This document shows, in pieces, positions 27,280 through 40,862 of a DNA stretch of 64,000 nt. The notes under the pieces were generated by a model. The model saw only the letters and a list, made by a program, of their open reading frames with translations. It ran no database searches and was not told where the DNA came from. Each line of letters begins with the position of its first letter. Positions within the stretch are counted from its first letter, which is position 1. The DNA comes from Octopus vulgaris. Lineage: Eukaryota. The DNA is taken from the NCBI GenBank assembly GCA_951406725.2, contig OX597829.1, forward strand, positions 2,790,001 through 2,854,000. The letters are read 5' to 3'. Both the position numbers and the translations under genes were made by a program.

Positions 27280-27725
27280 CCATAAAACATCGTTTTATGT
27301 TTACTCCAACTTTTATTGTTTTATATTTTCTATTAAATAACAATTTTATGTTTCAGGTTCTATATGTGAATGTCTAATCGTGCCATGTACAAAAGAAGCA
27401 TTGAAACTGTCTGAATTTTAAAGAGGTCTTATTGTGAGGTATTCTGAAGGTGGACATATCATAAAATCGCAGAAAACCTGGGGATCCCGCTTTCTACAGT
27501 TAATAGAGTGATTGGGCTATTCACGAGAGAAGGGAAGGAGTTCAGATCACCTCGCCCAGATCAAACAGGACCCTCTTTTTACCAAGAGAAGTGTGGCGAA
27601 TAATCCACGTTGCAAGGCCTCTAACAGGTTAATATCAGTCCCAGAACAGCTTTCAGGTATCTCCACAAACTTGGTTACAATGACAGAGCAGCAAGAAGAA
27701 AGCCAATTCTTCGACCAGTCAGCTA
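27280..27725 (+). pseudogene. Tc1-like transposase N-terminal (HTH) remnant
   Basis: LSEF.RGLIV....G...[18 protein letters not shown]...G. Confidence 0.7.
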
Positions 27726-27739
27726 AAACCTGATGAAAC

Positions 27740-28700
27740 CCGATTTTCGCATTTAGTTTGCTCTTTAGGATAGCTCTAACTCTACAATAACATTCTATAT
27801 TTTTATATGCATTTGCGAGTACTTCTTATCACACAACCACACCTCCGCTTATTATTGATTACAGTAGGTTTTATACTAATACATTCTTTATAATTTACAA
27901 TGTTGTATATTTCGTTTCTAGTACAGGTGGGTATGATTTTGGTAGTGTTGGCTTTTCTTTCACTGGAATTTAGGTTACTCTCTATGTTAGTTCTAAATTT
28001 TACACTAAATTTCGTTTTGGAGTATTCACCTTTATATACATTCTTTGTTTCTTTTATAAGATATTTTTTAATAGGCATCTAGGTATCTCAGTAATTTTGT
28101 AATTCAGATAATCTATATTCTTATTGATTACGGTTTTAAATTTAGTTATCAATGTATTTGCTCTAGTTAGAGGAGCATCGTCTTAGTAACATATCTTCAT
28201 GTTGTCCTTATTTGCTGATAAATTGAGCACTGTAACTGATATATTTTTGACTGGTCTTAGCTGAATTTGGGTGGTTAGAAAGTTTTTATATATGTAATTT
28301 AGATTCCTATTTGGCTTATGAAATGAGCAGTAAAGGCTAGGATGTAGGCCGAGTGTGGCAGCTAGAAATTCCTCCTCTTTATATCGTTTGTAATCCAGTT
28401 GATAGGTTAAAGTTTTTAAGATCATTATATAATTTCTGAATTTCAGCTGAGAAGTTCTGTATTGTTGGCAGGGAGTCATCTCTAAACAGACCTCCAGCCA
28501 TTTCTAAAAAAATATTTTTGTAGCTCGCTGAGTCGTAATGGACTCAGTAAATCGGTGACATTTTCCGAATAAGAGGATCCATAGAAATATTACCTTTTTT
28601 CCTTCTTTAATTCTTTTATTCCTTTTCTTCTTTCTCTCTTTTTCTCACGACCCTATTTTTCTCATTTTCTTACTTTCTCTTTTATCTCAATATGCAATTA
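27740..28700 (-). pseudogene. Degraded K/N-rich ORF, possibly LINE ORF1 with zinc-knuckle remnants
   Basis: Two consecutive minus-strand ORF pieces (28479-28183, 28078-27803) ending in Cys-containing motifs. Not positively identified. Confidence 0.3.
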
Positions 28701-28858
28701 CTCTTGCACTCCATTCCACGATAAGTATTTGTTATGAGTTATTATAATGTAATGTTTTCCTAAAGATCCTCTGTGAAATCTGCGTCTACATGCACTCATT
28801 GCGAAACGTGCGTAGGGAGAAAAAAGGTATAAATTGCATATCATATATCGCACGCACG

Positions 28859-28889
<31 letters not shown>

Positions 28890-28894
28890 ACACA

Positions 28895-28933
<39 letters not shown>

Positions 28934-30239
28934 AAACACACAAACACACACACACGCACACGCAGGCACGCACACACGTTTGATTTACTCGATTACAAGC
29001 TGGAAGAGACCCAGGATATTAGTGTTAAAAACAGAAGCAATAAACAAACACTAGGAATGTCCAAACGACCAGTGATATGGAACAGTGATATAGCTGCCCC
29101 TACTTCAAACGAAAATATATTAGCAGGCATTTATCATCAATTCAGACAGCTTTTGAATATCGCATAGTGCTTCTTCGCCATCATCTACAAAACATCAGAC
29201 GAAGTGCCACAATGCACTTCGCCGTTCGACGTGATGCACACATGATAGAAAGCATTCCTTGATTGATAACGAAATGTTGATACTCAAAATATCATTATAT
29301 GAAAGGTTTTCTGCTGATTAACAAAAGCAAATGCGGTGCTGCTTTGCTAAAAAGCATCAGAGTTTTAGTGACGTAGATGATCAGTTTAGACTATCCTGGA
29401 CTAATAACCGGTACATAAGCTTTCATTTTGAAAGGCACGGCTTTGAATTTCATGAAGAGTGAACAGCGAAATCCCTTAATTCACAAAAGGGATAAAGAAG
29501 CAGGTAAAACCTGAATGCAACAACCTAGATTCGGTGGAACCAACTCCAAGAACGTGACTCATACAGTTGGTAGCACTCCGAAAATTTCATCTCGCTAAGA
29601 GGCATGATACCATGGTCAAAACATTAACGACAGTGCTGTGTCGCATATGGAGGCAATAACCTGATTATATTTTGGGGCACCTGTTAATCACATGTGTGAT
29701 GTTTTTCACAGAAATGACATAAACTTCTGAGATAGCTCCTGCGGAGGGCTAATTGGGCCTGCAGCCCAAAACTAAGCAGAGCTAAGTAGCATGACTATAA
29801 TACATTTATAATGATTATATGCCCCGGTGGTGGTTGATCAGAGGTTAACGATGGATAAGGATTAATTCTGTAATGCAATCATTTTATTTTTGAAGTCCCA
29901 ATTTGAATTTTAGCTGTTGGCCAATTTATCCCAAAGTTCTTATTTGGACGTAAAATTAACGAAACGAATATCATTTATCTCCCCCTTGATCTCTGACGTC
30001 ATCTGACAAACGCCAACCAAGATGGTGTGAATCAGCCAAGCTTTACCTACTAGTAATAGCAGCCTAAATGTTCTTAAATCATACCCCAATGCTGGATGTT
30101 CGAGAACTAAATGAAGGGCCTATTTCCAATCCCGGGGTCATCCTGATTCCAAAAAGTTACAATATGTAGAGTAAATGTAGACTGAGGTACAGGGGTCCCA
30201 GACGGACAGACAGAATTTAGTGTTTGTTAATATAGATTT

Positions 30240-31330
30240 CGTAACAATCTCTTGTTCTTGGATTGCAAAAGCAATAACCTAACGAATGTGATGTAGCGGT
30301 CACGAGTCCAAGAGAGACTGCACTTAATGTCGATACTACTGTCTTCTTGAAGCCTTCGACAAGTATACTCATGCATAATTTTTTTTCTTGAGCTTTCGCA
30401 TCTAGAACTTCTTTAAAGTATGTTAGTCCAATGGTTTAAGAGTTGTGTGGGAGGGCGTCAAGAAGATGGCGCTCCTTGTGGAGCTCACTGGTTACACATA
30501 GGGTGTTGTTCCTTTCGCTCCTGATTTGTTTAGAGAGACTATACAACATTCGAAAGCTGTCTGCACAGATCTCCAGCCTCCTCCTCTTCTGGTGTAAACC
30601 ACTGTTCCTGCAGAAGTTTCCAATTGTTTCCAAGCCCTTTTCAAGTTCTAATATCTATGGACCTTAAAACAGAAATGCTGACATCAGCACTGGCACTGTA
30701 AATGAATTGTGGAATATCCTCGTTGTAAGAGATCTCGGACCACCATGTTTACCTCAGTCTGGTTAATATTCTCGAGTTTCACTATCTTTATTCACAGCAC
30801 GTTGCATAAGTTTTCATCAATGCCTAGGTATTTGTAGCATTCTGTGTGTGTAACAGGAGAGATAGTGAGACCGTTGATGCACAGATTTGGGGTTTGGTAT
30901 ACTGATTTTGCACGTTCAGCAATCAAAGTAAGATTTCAGGTGAAAACGTTGCGATTAACTTCAGCTGTTCTTTGCCTTGTTATCATTTTTGGAATATATC
31001 TTCAGATCATCTATAAATGAGTTACATTAGTTGCTGATCCTGGGATATATCCATTTGTGTAAGGATTGTTGCCTCACAATGGCAGCAACTAAGATGCCAA
31101 GTTTTAGCAACTTTAGCCATACTGCCATAAGGTTTCGGTGGTGTTTTCTCGCTTTGAACATAGTACAGCTTTGTTTATCAAAAGCTTTCGGCACATCCTC
31201 ATACTCCCTTCTTTCCCCATTTCTGCTCATTAATCCTTATGTTGCTGCATTCACAACGATCCTAGAGGAATTGGTTGAAACAGTGTCAGGCTTATGTAGA
31301 GTTTGAACATAATGTTTACGAAAGCCAACC
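30240..31330 (-). pseudogene. R4/Dong-type RT fragment
   Basis: INKAVL, KHHRNLMAVW, FIDDLKIYSKND, YKYLGIDEN on the minus strand. Confidence 0.75.
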
Positions 31331-31349
31331 CGGTAGTTTCCTTTTCTAA

Positions 31350-31397
<48 letters not shown>

Positions 31398-31609
31398 ATG
31401 CGTGTGTGTGTATGTGTGTGTGTGTGCATATGTATGTATGTATGTGTGTGTGTGTATGTATGTATGTATGTATGTATGTATGTATGTATGCATGTACGTG
31501 CATATCTCTCATCTGTATTTGATCATATAAAATATTTCTCTGCGGGAGCTGATTTCTACCTACATACAAAGCTCCATCTTTGGAATGTAGATTATGAAAA
31601 CAATGTCAC

Positions 31610-31920
31610 ATTTTAAACCTGAGAAAAGTCTTGCATAGTCTTACTGTTCCGCTTATAGATTGTATTTGTAATGTGCCAATCCGTTGATTGATTTCTTCTT
31701 CTCAAAATCCAAGTTCATGCAGAGTGACAGTTAGGCTTTTGCTTACAAACCAAGTGCTCCAATTATTATTAGTATGAATGCAAATTTGTAATCTGAATTT
31801 GGCAACTGGAGATTTTGAAGTAGTTGCCCATAGGTATCTTCTTCCTCTTTGATTTTCAAGCAGATATTCACATCAGCAGGACAGTTGTCCTCTATGGCGG
31901 TACATACTTTTTTATATCAT
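31610..31920 (-). pseudogene. C-terminal restriction-like endonuclease region of an RLE-LINE
   Basis: CPADVNI..KIKEEE.TYGQL ... IIIGALG ... GTVRLCKTFLRF. Confidence 0.6.
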
Positions 31921-31929
31921 AGACTTTTC

Positions 31930-32175
31930 CGTTTGCAATGTCTTGCTGAACAACCCACTCAGCTGATGTGTTTTTACAGTAATCAAATGTTTGTGTTCCC
32001 ATAACCTCACTCTCTCCAGCAATTCGACATCAAATCGACGTGCCAAATGTCAAATGACGAAATGACTACAGAGCAACATGAAATGAATTGCTTTGCTCAA
32101 GAACACAGCAAAACGCCGGGCTTGGGAATCGAAACTACGACGTCGCAATCGTGAGTGCAACGCCCTAACCACATC
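31930..32175 (-). mobile_element. tRNA-derived CORE-like SINE (family C-related)
   Basis: Reverse complement gtggttagggcg...gtttcgattccc...gttcttgagcaaagc. Confidence 0.7.
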
Positions 32176-32599
32176 ATAAGCAACCGTCTGACCACGCGAT
32201 CATAATACTAAATATCTCTGAAGCATCATATAGTAACCAAATCATATCAAAGAAATTCATAAAGAAGATAGAATAGAAGGTCGAAATATCAGAAATCGAA
32301 GAAATAGCGACAGTATACTGACCTTTGATATGTAAAACAGCTGGTGGAATGTTCTAGGTAAAACCTCTAAAATATGTAAGCGTAATGAACTAAGGTTAAC
32401 GATCAGTGCGCAGAATAGCAAAAATAGTTGTCAAACAGATATTTCCGTGACGCTGAAATAAAAGAAAAAGTAAACATTTATGGCGAACATAAGAAGACAT
32501 ATTCAAACAATAGTTGTTTATCGGTGGTTATTGGTTTATACCCAAGCCAAATCAACAGAAATGTGAAATGCACACACACACACACACACACACATACAC

Positions 32600-33057
32600 G
32601 CGTGGGACGGTAAGTCGCTGAACAGGTTACATACAGTATGTGTGACAAAAGATTTCCAAACAAAGAACATAAAACAAAAATAATAATAAATCTGAAATGT
32701 AGAACGAATATACAGTACGCGTATTTTTTTGGCAAAAGATATCACCTTCCCGAAATATAACAACATATATGGATATATAAGATATTTGAGAACAGACTTG
32801 TGTTTATAAAAAAACAACATATATATAATAACAGATAATAACTTTATTCATCAAAACATGCTATGAAGATGAGAATAAACGTTCTTTTCTATGCAATAAA
32901 GCCACCTTCAGCTTCAATAAATGCTTCTATATGAAATCTTAATCATCTACATGCTTGAATCAAGTGGTCTTGGTTCATTTTGGATATTACTCTGACTATG
33001 CCAGCTTTCAAAGAATATTTGGTGTTATGGGCGAGTTCATTGACCTCTCTCCCCCTC

Positions 33058-33109
<52 letters not shown>

Positions 33110-33900
33110 TCAACAACGCTCCACATGTAAAAGTCCAATGGAATGAAATTTGGAGAATTAGGAAGCCAAATCTTAGAGATTATGTGATCATGAAAACTTT
33201 CAGTCATCCATTCCTGTGTTACTAGAGCCATGTGTGATAGTGCAGATCTTACTAAAGCACCTATGGCCTTCCATTGCATACACTGCCTATCCAAGGCTCA
33301 AGAATTATTTCCATGACCTCAATGTAGGTGGCAGAGTTAACTCTAAGGCTTTGTGGAAAGAAGTAAGGAGGCAATACATGTCCTTCATTGAAGACAACCC
33401 CTAAAACCATGACAGTTGCAGGAAATTTTGTATGCATAACATTTGGAACTTCAGAAGGGCCTGCACATAACCTCTGGGTTCAAATCCTGCAGAGGTTGAC
33501 TTTGCCTTTCATCCTTTCGGAATCGATAAATTAAGTACCAGTGAAATACTGGGGTCGATGTAATCGACTAGTCCCCTCCCCGAAAATTTCAGACCTTGTG
33601 CCTATAGTAGAAAATATTTTTATTGTTGTCTGTCATGCTTTCTGTTAACTTTTTGATCTTGGTCGAAGTTTTTACCTCGTTCGAGAAAAACCAAATCAAA
33701 TCTTCTTCTGCTGGATTTTTCAGTTTGTTTAGGAACCTTTTAGATCCGATGTAGTGATTTTCTTTTGCCTTTTCTAACACATTCACCTTTCGTCAACATA
33801 TAAGACTTATATCTGATGTCATCATGGACAACAGTTCTGACTGTTCCTTCTGACACATGGAGATCTTTTGCAATTGACCTCATGGACTTTCTGTTGAACT
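32600..33900 (-). pseudogene. Tc1/mariner superfamily (maT/DD37D-like) transposase remnant, interrupted by (TC)n and a SINE
   Basis: IWFFSNE (FFSDEK motif) and IWLPNSPNFIPLDFYMWSVVER (WPPxSPDLNPLDY motif). Confidence 0.78.
33473..33615 (+). mobile_element. SINE family B nested in the transposase
   Basis: gggttcaaatcc...gaggttgactttgcctttcatcc...ccttgtgcctatagtagaaa. Confidence 0.88.
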
Positions 33901-34008
33901 TGCTGGATAAATTCAGTCAAATGACTGAAACAAGTAAAAAAAAAAAATTTGTATATATATATAGATAGATATAGATATAGATATAAATGTATGTTTGTAT
34001 ATGTATAT

Positions 34009-35523
34009 ACCGAAGTAAGACATAAATGTGGAAAAAAGAGTACTCAAATACCAGAGATAGAGTAATATGCTTTATTAAAAGCAGCAGAAATATAATAAAA
34101 GATGTTTCTCAGAGTTTCCCGTTTCCTTTCATCGGACAGTTTTGTTAGAATGGAACAGAAATGATGATATAATCAAACATAAAATAGTTTAAATGATACA
34201 CTTTTGAAAATGGTGTTGTTTCATTGGTCCTTTTAACTAACGGTCTTAAGCATGCAATGAAAAAATAAATTCAGTATAAATTCCTCTTATTGTAAAATCG
34301 AAGAAAACCTTAAATCGAAGGACAGATTCTAAATACATATGGTAAATAATTATATACCAAATATGAATCAATTAATACATTAAAATTTAAAATGTTTACG
34401 CTGTATTACATAAATATTTTTTCCGCAGTATATACACATACTAGACCATCTACACTAAAATACACTAAAATATACAAGTACATGTACATAGTTATATACA
34501 TATATAGGCATATATAGATGAGACACAAATATATACACAAATACTAATATACATATATGTAAGCACACATGCACGCGCACAAAATCTCTTGTTGTATACA
34601 TGTACAGGTTAGCTATTACAGACGAAAAGAATGGGAAGTATACATTGAGCGTGGGGAGGAGGGAGAGAATAAATATAAAGAAAAAGAAAAGGAAAACTAA
34701 GGAGAGAAGAGAGAGAAATGGCGGATGTTACATAAAGACGCCAGTTCGTATCGAGTTGGAAAAGAAAAGATACTTCGAGAAAGAAGAGAAACGAAAGATA
34801 ATTGACGAAATGTGCGTAATGACCGCATACATAAAATAAAATTACATATATATACATAAGTTACCTTATATATTTGCATACGAATACACATATATGATTA
34901 CGCATATAAATATACAAAAAATATGTAGGTAAATACGTATATACACGTATACATATACATCCATGTACATAAATATAAACATACACGTATACTTACACAC
35001 ATACACTGACACACACATACACTGACACACACATCCACGTACATATGCATACTCACAATACACACATACACATAAAAGCATATCTAGATCATAACGTATA
35101 TATACAAGCAATTTTTTAAAAGTTGCTCAGTATATATAGTACTAAAATATTAAAATTCGGATTTAAAAAAAGGCATTTACAAAATGCAGCACTATATATA
35201 GAATTATCTATAAATTAAATATAAACAATTAAATAGGTTTGTAAAATGCAATAAAAATATAATAAAATAATAAAATAATAAAAAGAACTTCGGCAAAACT
35301 TAAGCTTGAAAATGATATGTAAGCACATAAATGTGAAACAAGGTGGAAAAAAGAGTACTCAAATACCAGAGGTAGAGTAATATGCTTTATTAAAAGCAGC
35401 AGAAATATGATAAAAGATGTTACTTAGAGTTTCACGTTTCTGTTCATCGGACAGTTTTGTTAGAATGGAACAGAAATGATGATATGATCAAACATAAAAT
35501 AGTTTAAATGATACACTTTTCCG
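34009..35523 (-). mobile_element. Non-coding element with ~190-bp direct terminal repeats, each carrying a hammerhead-like motif (non-autonomous PLE / retrozyme-like)
   Basis: 34021-34205 is similar to 35326-35520. Minus-strand motifs at 34103-34138 and 35418-35453 read tgt-CCGATGA-stem-GAAA-CTCTRAG-(T/A)A-aca. Confidence 0.7.
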
Positions 35524-35735
35524 TATGTGTGTGTGTGTATGTGTTTGCATGTATGTATGTATGTGTGTGTGTATGTATGTATGTATGTATGTATGTATGT
35601 ATGTATGTATGTGCGTATGTATGTATACATGCATGTATGTATGCATGTGTATGTATGTATGTATGTGCGTATGTATACATGCATGTATGTATGCATGTGT
35701 ATGTATGTATGTATGTATGTATGTATTACGTATGT
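35524..35735. repeat. (TATG)n microsatellite
   Basis: Visible. Confidence 0.95.
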
Positions 35736-36094
35736 ATATCGTGTTACGCTACGAAGCGGTGCAGGATAACGTAATTTCGATTCAAGCCAAATATAACAAA
35801 CTACCCCACATCGTTGTTAGAGTATCCACTGAAGTCAAGACCAGTTACTTTGTACTGGTATTGAGTCATGTTAGTTGTATTAATAAAATTAAACCAAATA
35901 GTGATATTTTGAAATCATTTAATACGTACGTTTCAGTTTTCGTAATATATAATAGGAAATGCATCCATTACGTTAACCTTCCTCAGTTAAAACATTTTAA
36001 AACTATTTTTCAAAATGCTTTAAGTGATTAAGGTTTAAAAATATCACTATTTGGCTTGACTTGATTATTCTGACTAATACGTATGTGTGTGTGC

Positions 36095-36265
<171 letters not shown>

Positions 36266-36269
36266 TTCA

Positions 36270-36459
36270 CTATGTGACCGCGTGTGTATCGTTGGCGATT
36301 TTCCTTCTCCGTCTTCTCTTCCTTGGATCTTTCCTTTTTCTATGTTTCTGGCGAAGAGCTCCGCTCGAAACGTTAAATCCTCCTTCTTTCCTATCTTGAG
36401 CCTCCAATAACACTATACTTGTTCCACGTCCTCGCATTGTTGTGTTTTCATGTTTGGAT

Positions 36460-36465
<6 letters not shown>
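36270..36465 (+). mobile_element. ~195-bp discrete element with a minimal hammerhead motif (copy 1)
   Basis: 36345-36377 reads ttt-CTGGCGA-A-GAGC-tcc-GCTC-GAAA-CG-TT-aaa. Same boundaries as the copy at 53205-53408. Confidence 0.75.
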
Positions 36466-36504
<39 letters not shown>

Positions 36505-36509
<5 letters not shown>

Positions 36510-36905
36510 CTCTCAGACATGCCCTCAGCCACACAGAGAGCCACGATCACAAGTTATGCAGATGATACAAAAGTCTCACAAGTAATGCAGAACCCTGAAG
36601 ACACTAAGCACCTGCAATGTGAGCTGGACAAAATATACAAGTGGGCAGAAAAGAATAGCATGCAGTTCAATGCTGAAAAGTTTCAAGCTTTATACTATCA
36701 GCATGCAAAACTAAATGCAATACCTAATAAACACACTGGACCTGGAGGAATTGCAATCCCAGAGGCACAATCAGTGCGAGACCTGGGTATTTACATGAGT
36801 AATGATGCAACCTTTCATGTGCATGTTGCTAAATTGGCAATGAAATGCAGGCGGCTGACCCGATGGATTCTTAGAACTTTTAGACCAAGAGACAAAGAAA
36901 CCAGT
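36505..36905 (+). pseudogene. CR1-like LINE RT fragment
   Basis: SYADDTK, LQCELDKIYKWAEKNSMQFNAEK, VRDLGI. Confidence 0.88.
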
Positions 36906-36923
36906 AAGTTTGGATATACTCCC

Positions 36924-36992
<69 letters not shown>

Positions 36993-37064
36993 CATATGTA
37001 TATATGTATATATATATATAATAATTATACATTACGAAGGATATATCATAAACAGTTAATATAT

Positions 37065-37338
<274 letters not shown>

Positions 37339-37739
37339 TGAATGAATGAATGAATGAATGAATGAATGAATGAATGAATGAATGAATGAATCTGTATATA
37401 CATATATATATAAAGAGAGATAGGAAGAGAAAGAAAAAGAGAAAGAGGGAGGGAGAGAGAGCGAGACTTAAGTACGAAGATGCGAGCAACAAACCTTAAG
37501 TGATGTAGCTGTAAACAGCTCTAAACGTCAATATGGAAATGGCTTTTGAGACATTGTAATTATAAATTAAACATTAAGGACTGATAAAGGAATATCAACA
37601 AAGACTTAGTAAACTATATTTAACTTGAACATTGTTAGGTTTCTAATAGAATGAGACTGAAAGACATAAAATTTTTCACGAATAGATAAAGGCTACGTCG
37701 TTTGTAATATACAGAATGCTGGAATCGATTATTATACAA

Positions 37740-38130
37740 TTTTTTTCTTTTTCTCTTTTGTTCAACACAACAATGTCAGATTTCCAATGTCCGATATAAT
37801 GGTCACAATGAATCATTGCACCCCACAGGATTTTGCTGTCTTTGTTCTCTGTAACTCCTTCTGGTGTTTGATCACACCACGCCTTTGCTCTTGGTAGGCC
37901 GTGATTTCAAGAGATCCCAATTGATCATTTTTGCCACATTGACATATCGCCTTTTGTAAATGCGATGTGACAATTTTTGGCATTCGCTAACAATGCGCCA
38001 TGCATTTTCATCCCTCTCACCACACATTCTACATTTGTCGCTCTCTGCTGCGTTGTTAATTCTGCACTTCATATAGTTCGTCCTAAACGCTTGTTATTGT
38101 GCCGCGTATATTAGTGCTTCTATCTCTTAT
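37740..38130 (-). pseudogene. R4/Dong-type zinc-finger/RLE fragment
   Basis: DKCRMCGERDENAWRIVSEC, KILWG, SDIVV. Confidence 0.78.
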
Positions 38131-38185
38131 CTGCAGGTCACACTCCGCATCCATAACCACCGGTCTTCTCTATGTCTTGGTGTTC

Positions 38186-38269
<84 letters not shown>

Positions 38270-38270
<1 letters not shown>

Positions 38271-40282
38271 TATGTTTGACTTTTGCTTTATGTCTGTACA
38301 AGTTGGCTCCAAGTCTCACCCACAGACCTCAAGAGACAACAGGTTGGAAGTTCTGTGCCATATATTTGGGGGGGGGTGTACTAGTGAATGTCTAATACAT
38401 AAAAATAAAATTTTAAAAAAATAAATAAATAAATAAATAAATAAATAAAATAAAATAAATAAAATAAATAAATAAATAAATTTTTAAAAAGTTTGTTTTA
38501 AACCTTGGGATTACATAGAGAGTATTTTGCGTAGGATATGAGCAGTTCCCATGAGCACTATCTTTTGAATTTCTGCCATTTTGGGGTTTCCTGGTATCTG
38601 AGTTAGGTAGCAATCAGTCCCTACGCTATCATTCCCAGGGCACCTATGACAACAGGTATTGTTTTAGTCTTCAGCTTCCACATTTTGCTGATTTCTATTT
38701 CAAGATCTTTATATTTGCTCAGTTTTTGGTAGGGCAAATCCAGGTTTTTGCAAATTACCCAGTGAATATATTGTGCAGCTCTATCATGCCTGTTGAGGTA
38801 CTCTGTAGGCGCTAGAAGACTGCATTTGGAGACCACATGATCAATGGTTTCATTTTGTTGTCGGCATACACGACATGTTGGGCTACTGCCGTTCTTTAAT
38901 ATGTTGGCCTGGTAGTTTCTTGTTGGTAGGCATTGATCTTGAGCTGCTATGATAAACACCTCTGTTTCAGATTTTAAGCCAGAGACCATTAGCCATTGAT
39001 GGGTCAGGGCTTTGTCAATATCTGCATTATTCGCTCTCTTTGGGTATTTGCCATAGAGAGGTTTTTCTTGCCATTTATTATTCAGAATATCTAAGGCCAC
39101 AGTTTTGGCACGGGTTTTCATGCGCCTAGCTTTTTCTGTGCTTGTTTCTTGTATGTCTATCTCTAATTCCGAAATTGGTTGTATTCGGAATTCACTTAGA
39201 TATTCCTTTGCCTGTTTTGTGACTGAGTATGATGCTTTCTTGTTTTCATGTTTTGAGACAAGTTTTAACATCCTGTCCTCAGAGTTTTTCAAGTAGGTGT
39301 CTAGGCCAATTGTAGCAATCTTCATTGTTATTGCCAGTTGCAAAAGACCACGGCCTCCCTCTTTTCTTGGCAGATAGAGTCTTTCTGTATCTGCCTTAGG
39401 GTGGTGCATTCTATGCATTGTCAACAGTTTCCTTATTTTTCTGTCGAGCTGACATATTTCAGTAATTGACCAGTTAACAATATTGAAACTGTAAGTCACG
39501 ACTGGTATAGCTAATGCATTGATCGCTTCGATCCTGTTTCTTGCATTCAGCTCTATCTTGAGTATTGCTCTCACTCTTCGATAGCATTCTCTCCTGATCC
39601 TTTCCTTCATCTCTGAATGCCTTATTCCGTTCCCTTCAATTACCCCTAGGTACTTGTAGCTCTCCGCTGGGTCTAGTTCTTTTATGACATTCTGCTGGTC
39701 AAGGTTAACGTTAGATGTTTCTGTCATTTTTCCTTTGATAAAGGTAGCCTTTGCACATTTATCGAGGCCGAATTGCATTCTGATGTCGTCACTGAATTGT
39801 TTGACTATCGCTAGTAAGCCCTTGAGTTGTTGGTCATTTTTTGCAAAAGCTTTAAATCATCCATGTAAATGAGATGATTTATATTTTTATCAAACATTTT
39901 ATACCCATACTGCGCATCATTGAGCAGCTTTGAGAGAGGTATTAAGGATAAACAAAAGAGGAGTGGTGACAGTGAGTCACCCTGGAAAATGCCACACGAA
40001 ATTTTTATTTAGGGATTCATTGTCACTGTTCAGAGTTAGTGTGGTTCTCCATGATCTCATACTTACAGTCAAGAAGTTTCGCAGAGTAGGTGCAATCTTA
40101 TACATTTCCAGGAATTTCCTAATCCAGCTATGTGGTAGGCTATCAAAAGCCTTTTTATAGTCTATCCAGGCTATTGATAAGTTTTTGTGTCGTTTGTGAC
40201 AATCCTCTAAGATCATCTTATTGATGAGTAGTTGGTCTTTACAGCCGTAGGATCCACGTTTACATCCTTTCTGTTTACATCC
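38270..40282 (-). mobile_element. Dong/R4 LINE, 5'-truncated, flanked by (TAA)n tracts
   Basis: 385-aa ORF (FGLDKC, YKYLG, RKEGGRGL, CRVC...HVVSKC) plus [10 protein letters not shown] and YMDDLK. The RLE core has an internal deletion. Confidence 0.93.
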
Positions 40283-40355
<73 letters not shown>

Positions 40356-40378
40356 CATTATTATTATCATTATTATTA

Positions 40379-40496
<118 letters not shown>

Positions 40497-40707
40497 GCGG
40501 CGGCGGCTAGCAGAATCGTTAGCGCGCCGGGCAAAATGCTCAACAGAATTTCGTCTCTTGCTACGTTCTGTGTTCAAATTTTGCTGAGGTCGACTTCGCC
40601 TTTCATCCGTTTGAAGAAGATAAAATAAGTACTAGCTGAACACTGGGGTCGATGCAGGCGACTTACCCTTTCACCGAAATTGCTGGCCTTGTGCCAAAAT
40701 TTGAAGA
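40497..40707 (+). mobile_element. SINE family B inserted in a (TAT)n/(TAG)n tract
   Basis: ggcggcggcggctagcagaatcgttagc head and gaggtcgacttcgcctttcatcc core. Confidence 0.88.
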
Positions 40708-40766
40708 TATTATTATTATTATTATTATTATTATTATCATTGTTGTTGTTGTTGTTGTTGTTGTTG

Positions 40767-40859
<93 letters not shown>

Positions 40860-40862
<3 letters not shown>

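Noticed and set aside
27729-27745. CTGATGAAAC as a hammerhead core
   Set aside because: No stem II or pairable stem I and no homologous copy in the window.
30120-30237. Minus-strand Helitron-like 5' end (tctatatta...ctgtctgtccgtc)
   Set aside because: No matching 3' hairpin/CTAG could be assigned.
34600-34839. 79-aa K/R/E-rich ORF
   Set aside because: Purine-rich low-complexity stretch inside the direct-repeat element, with no domain signature.
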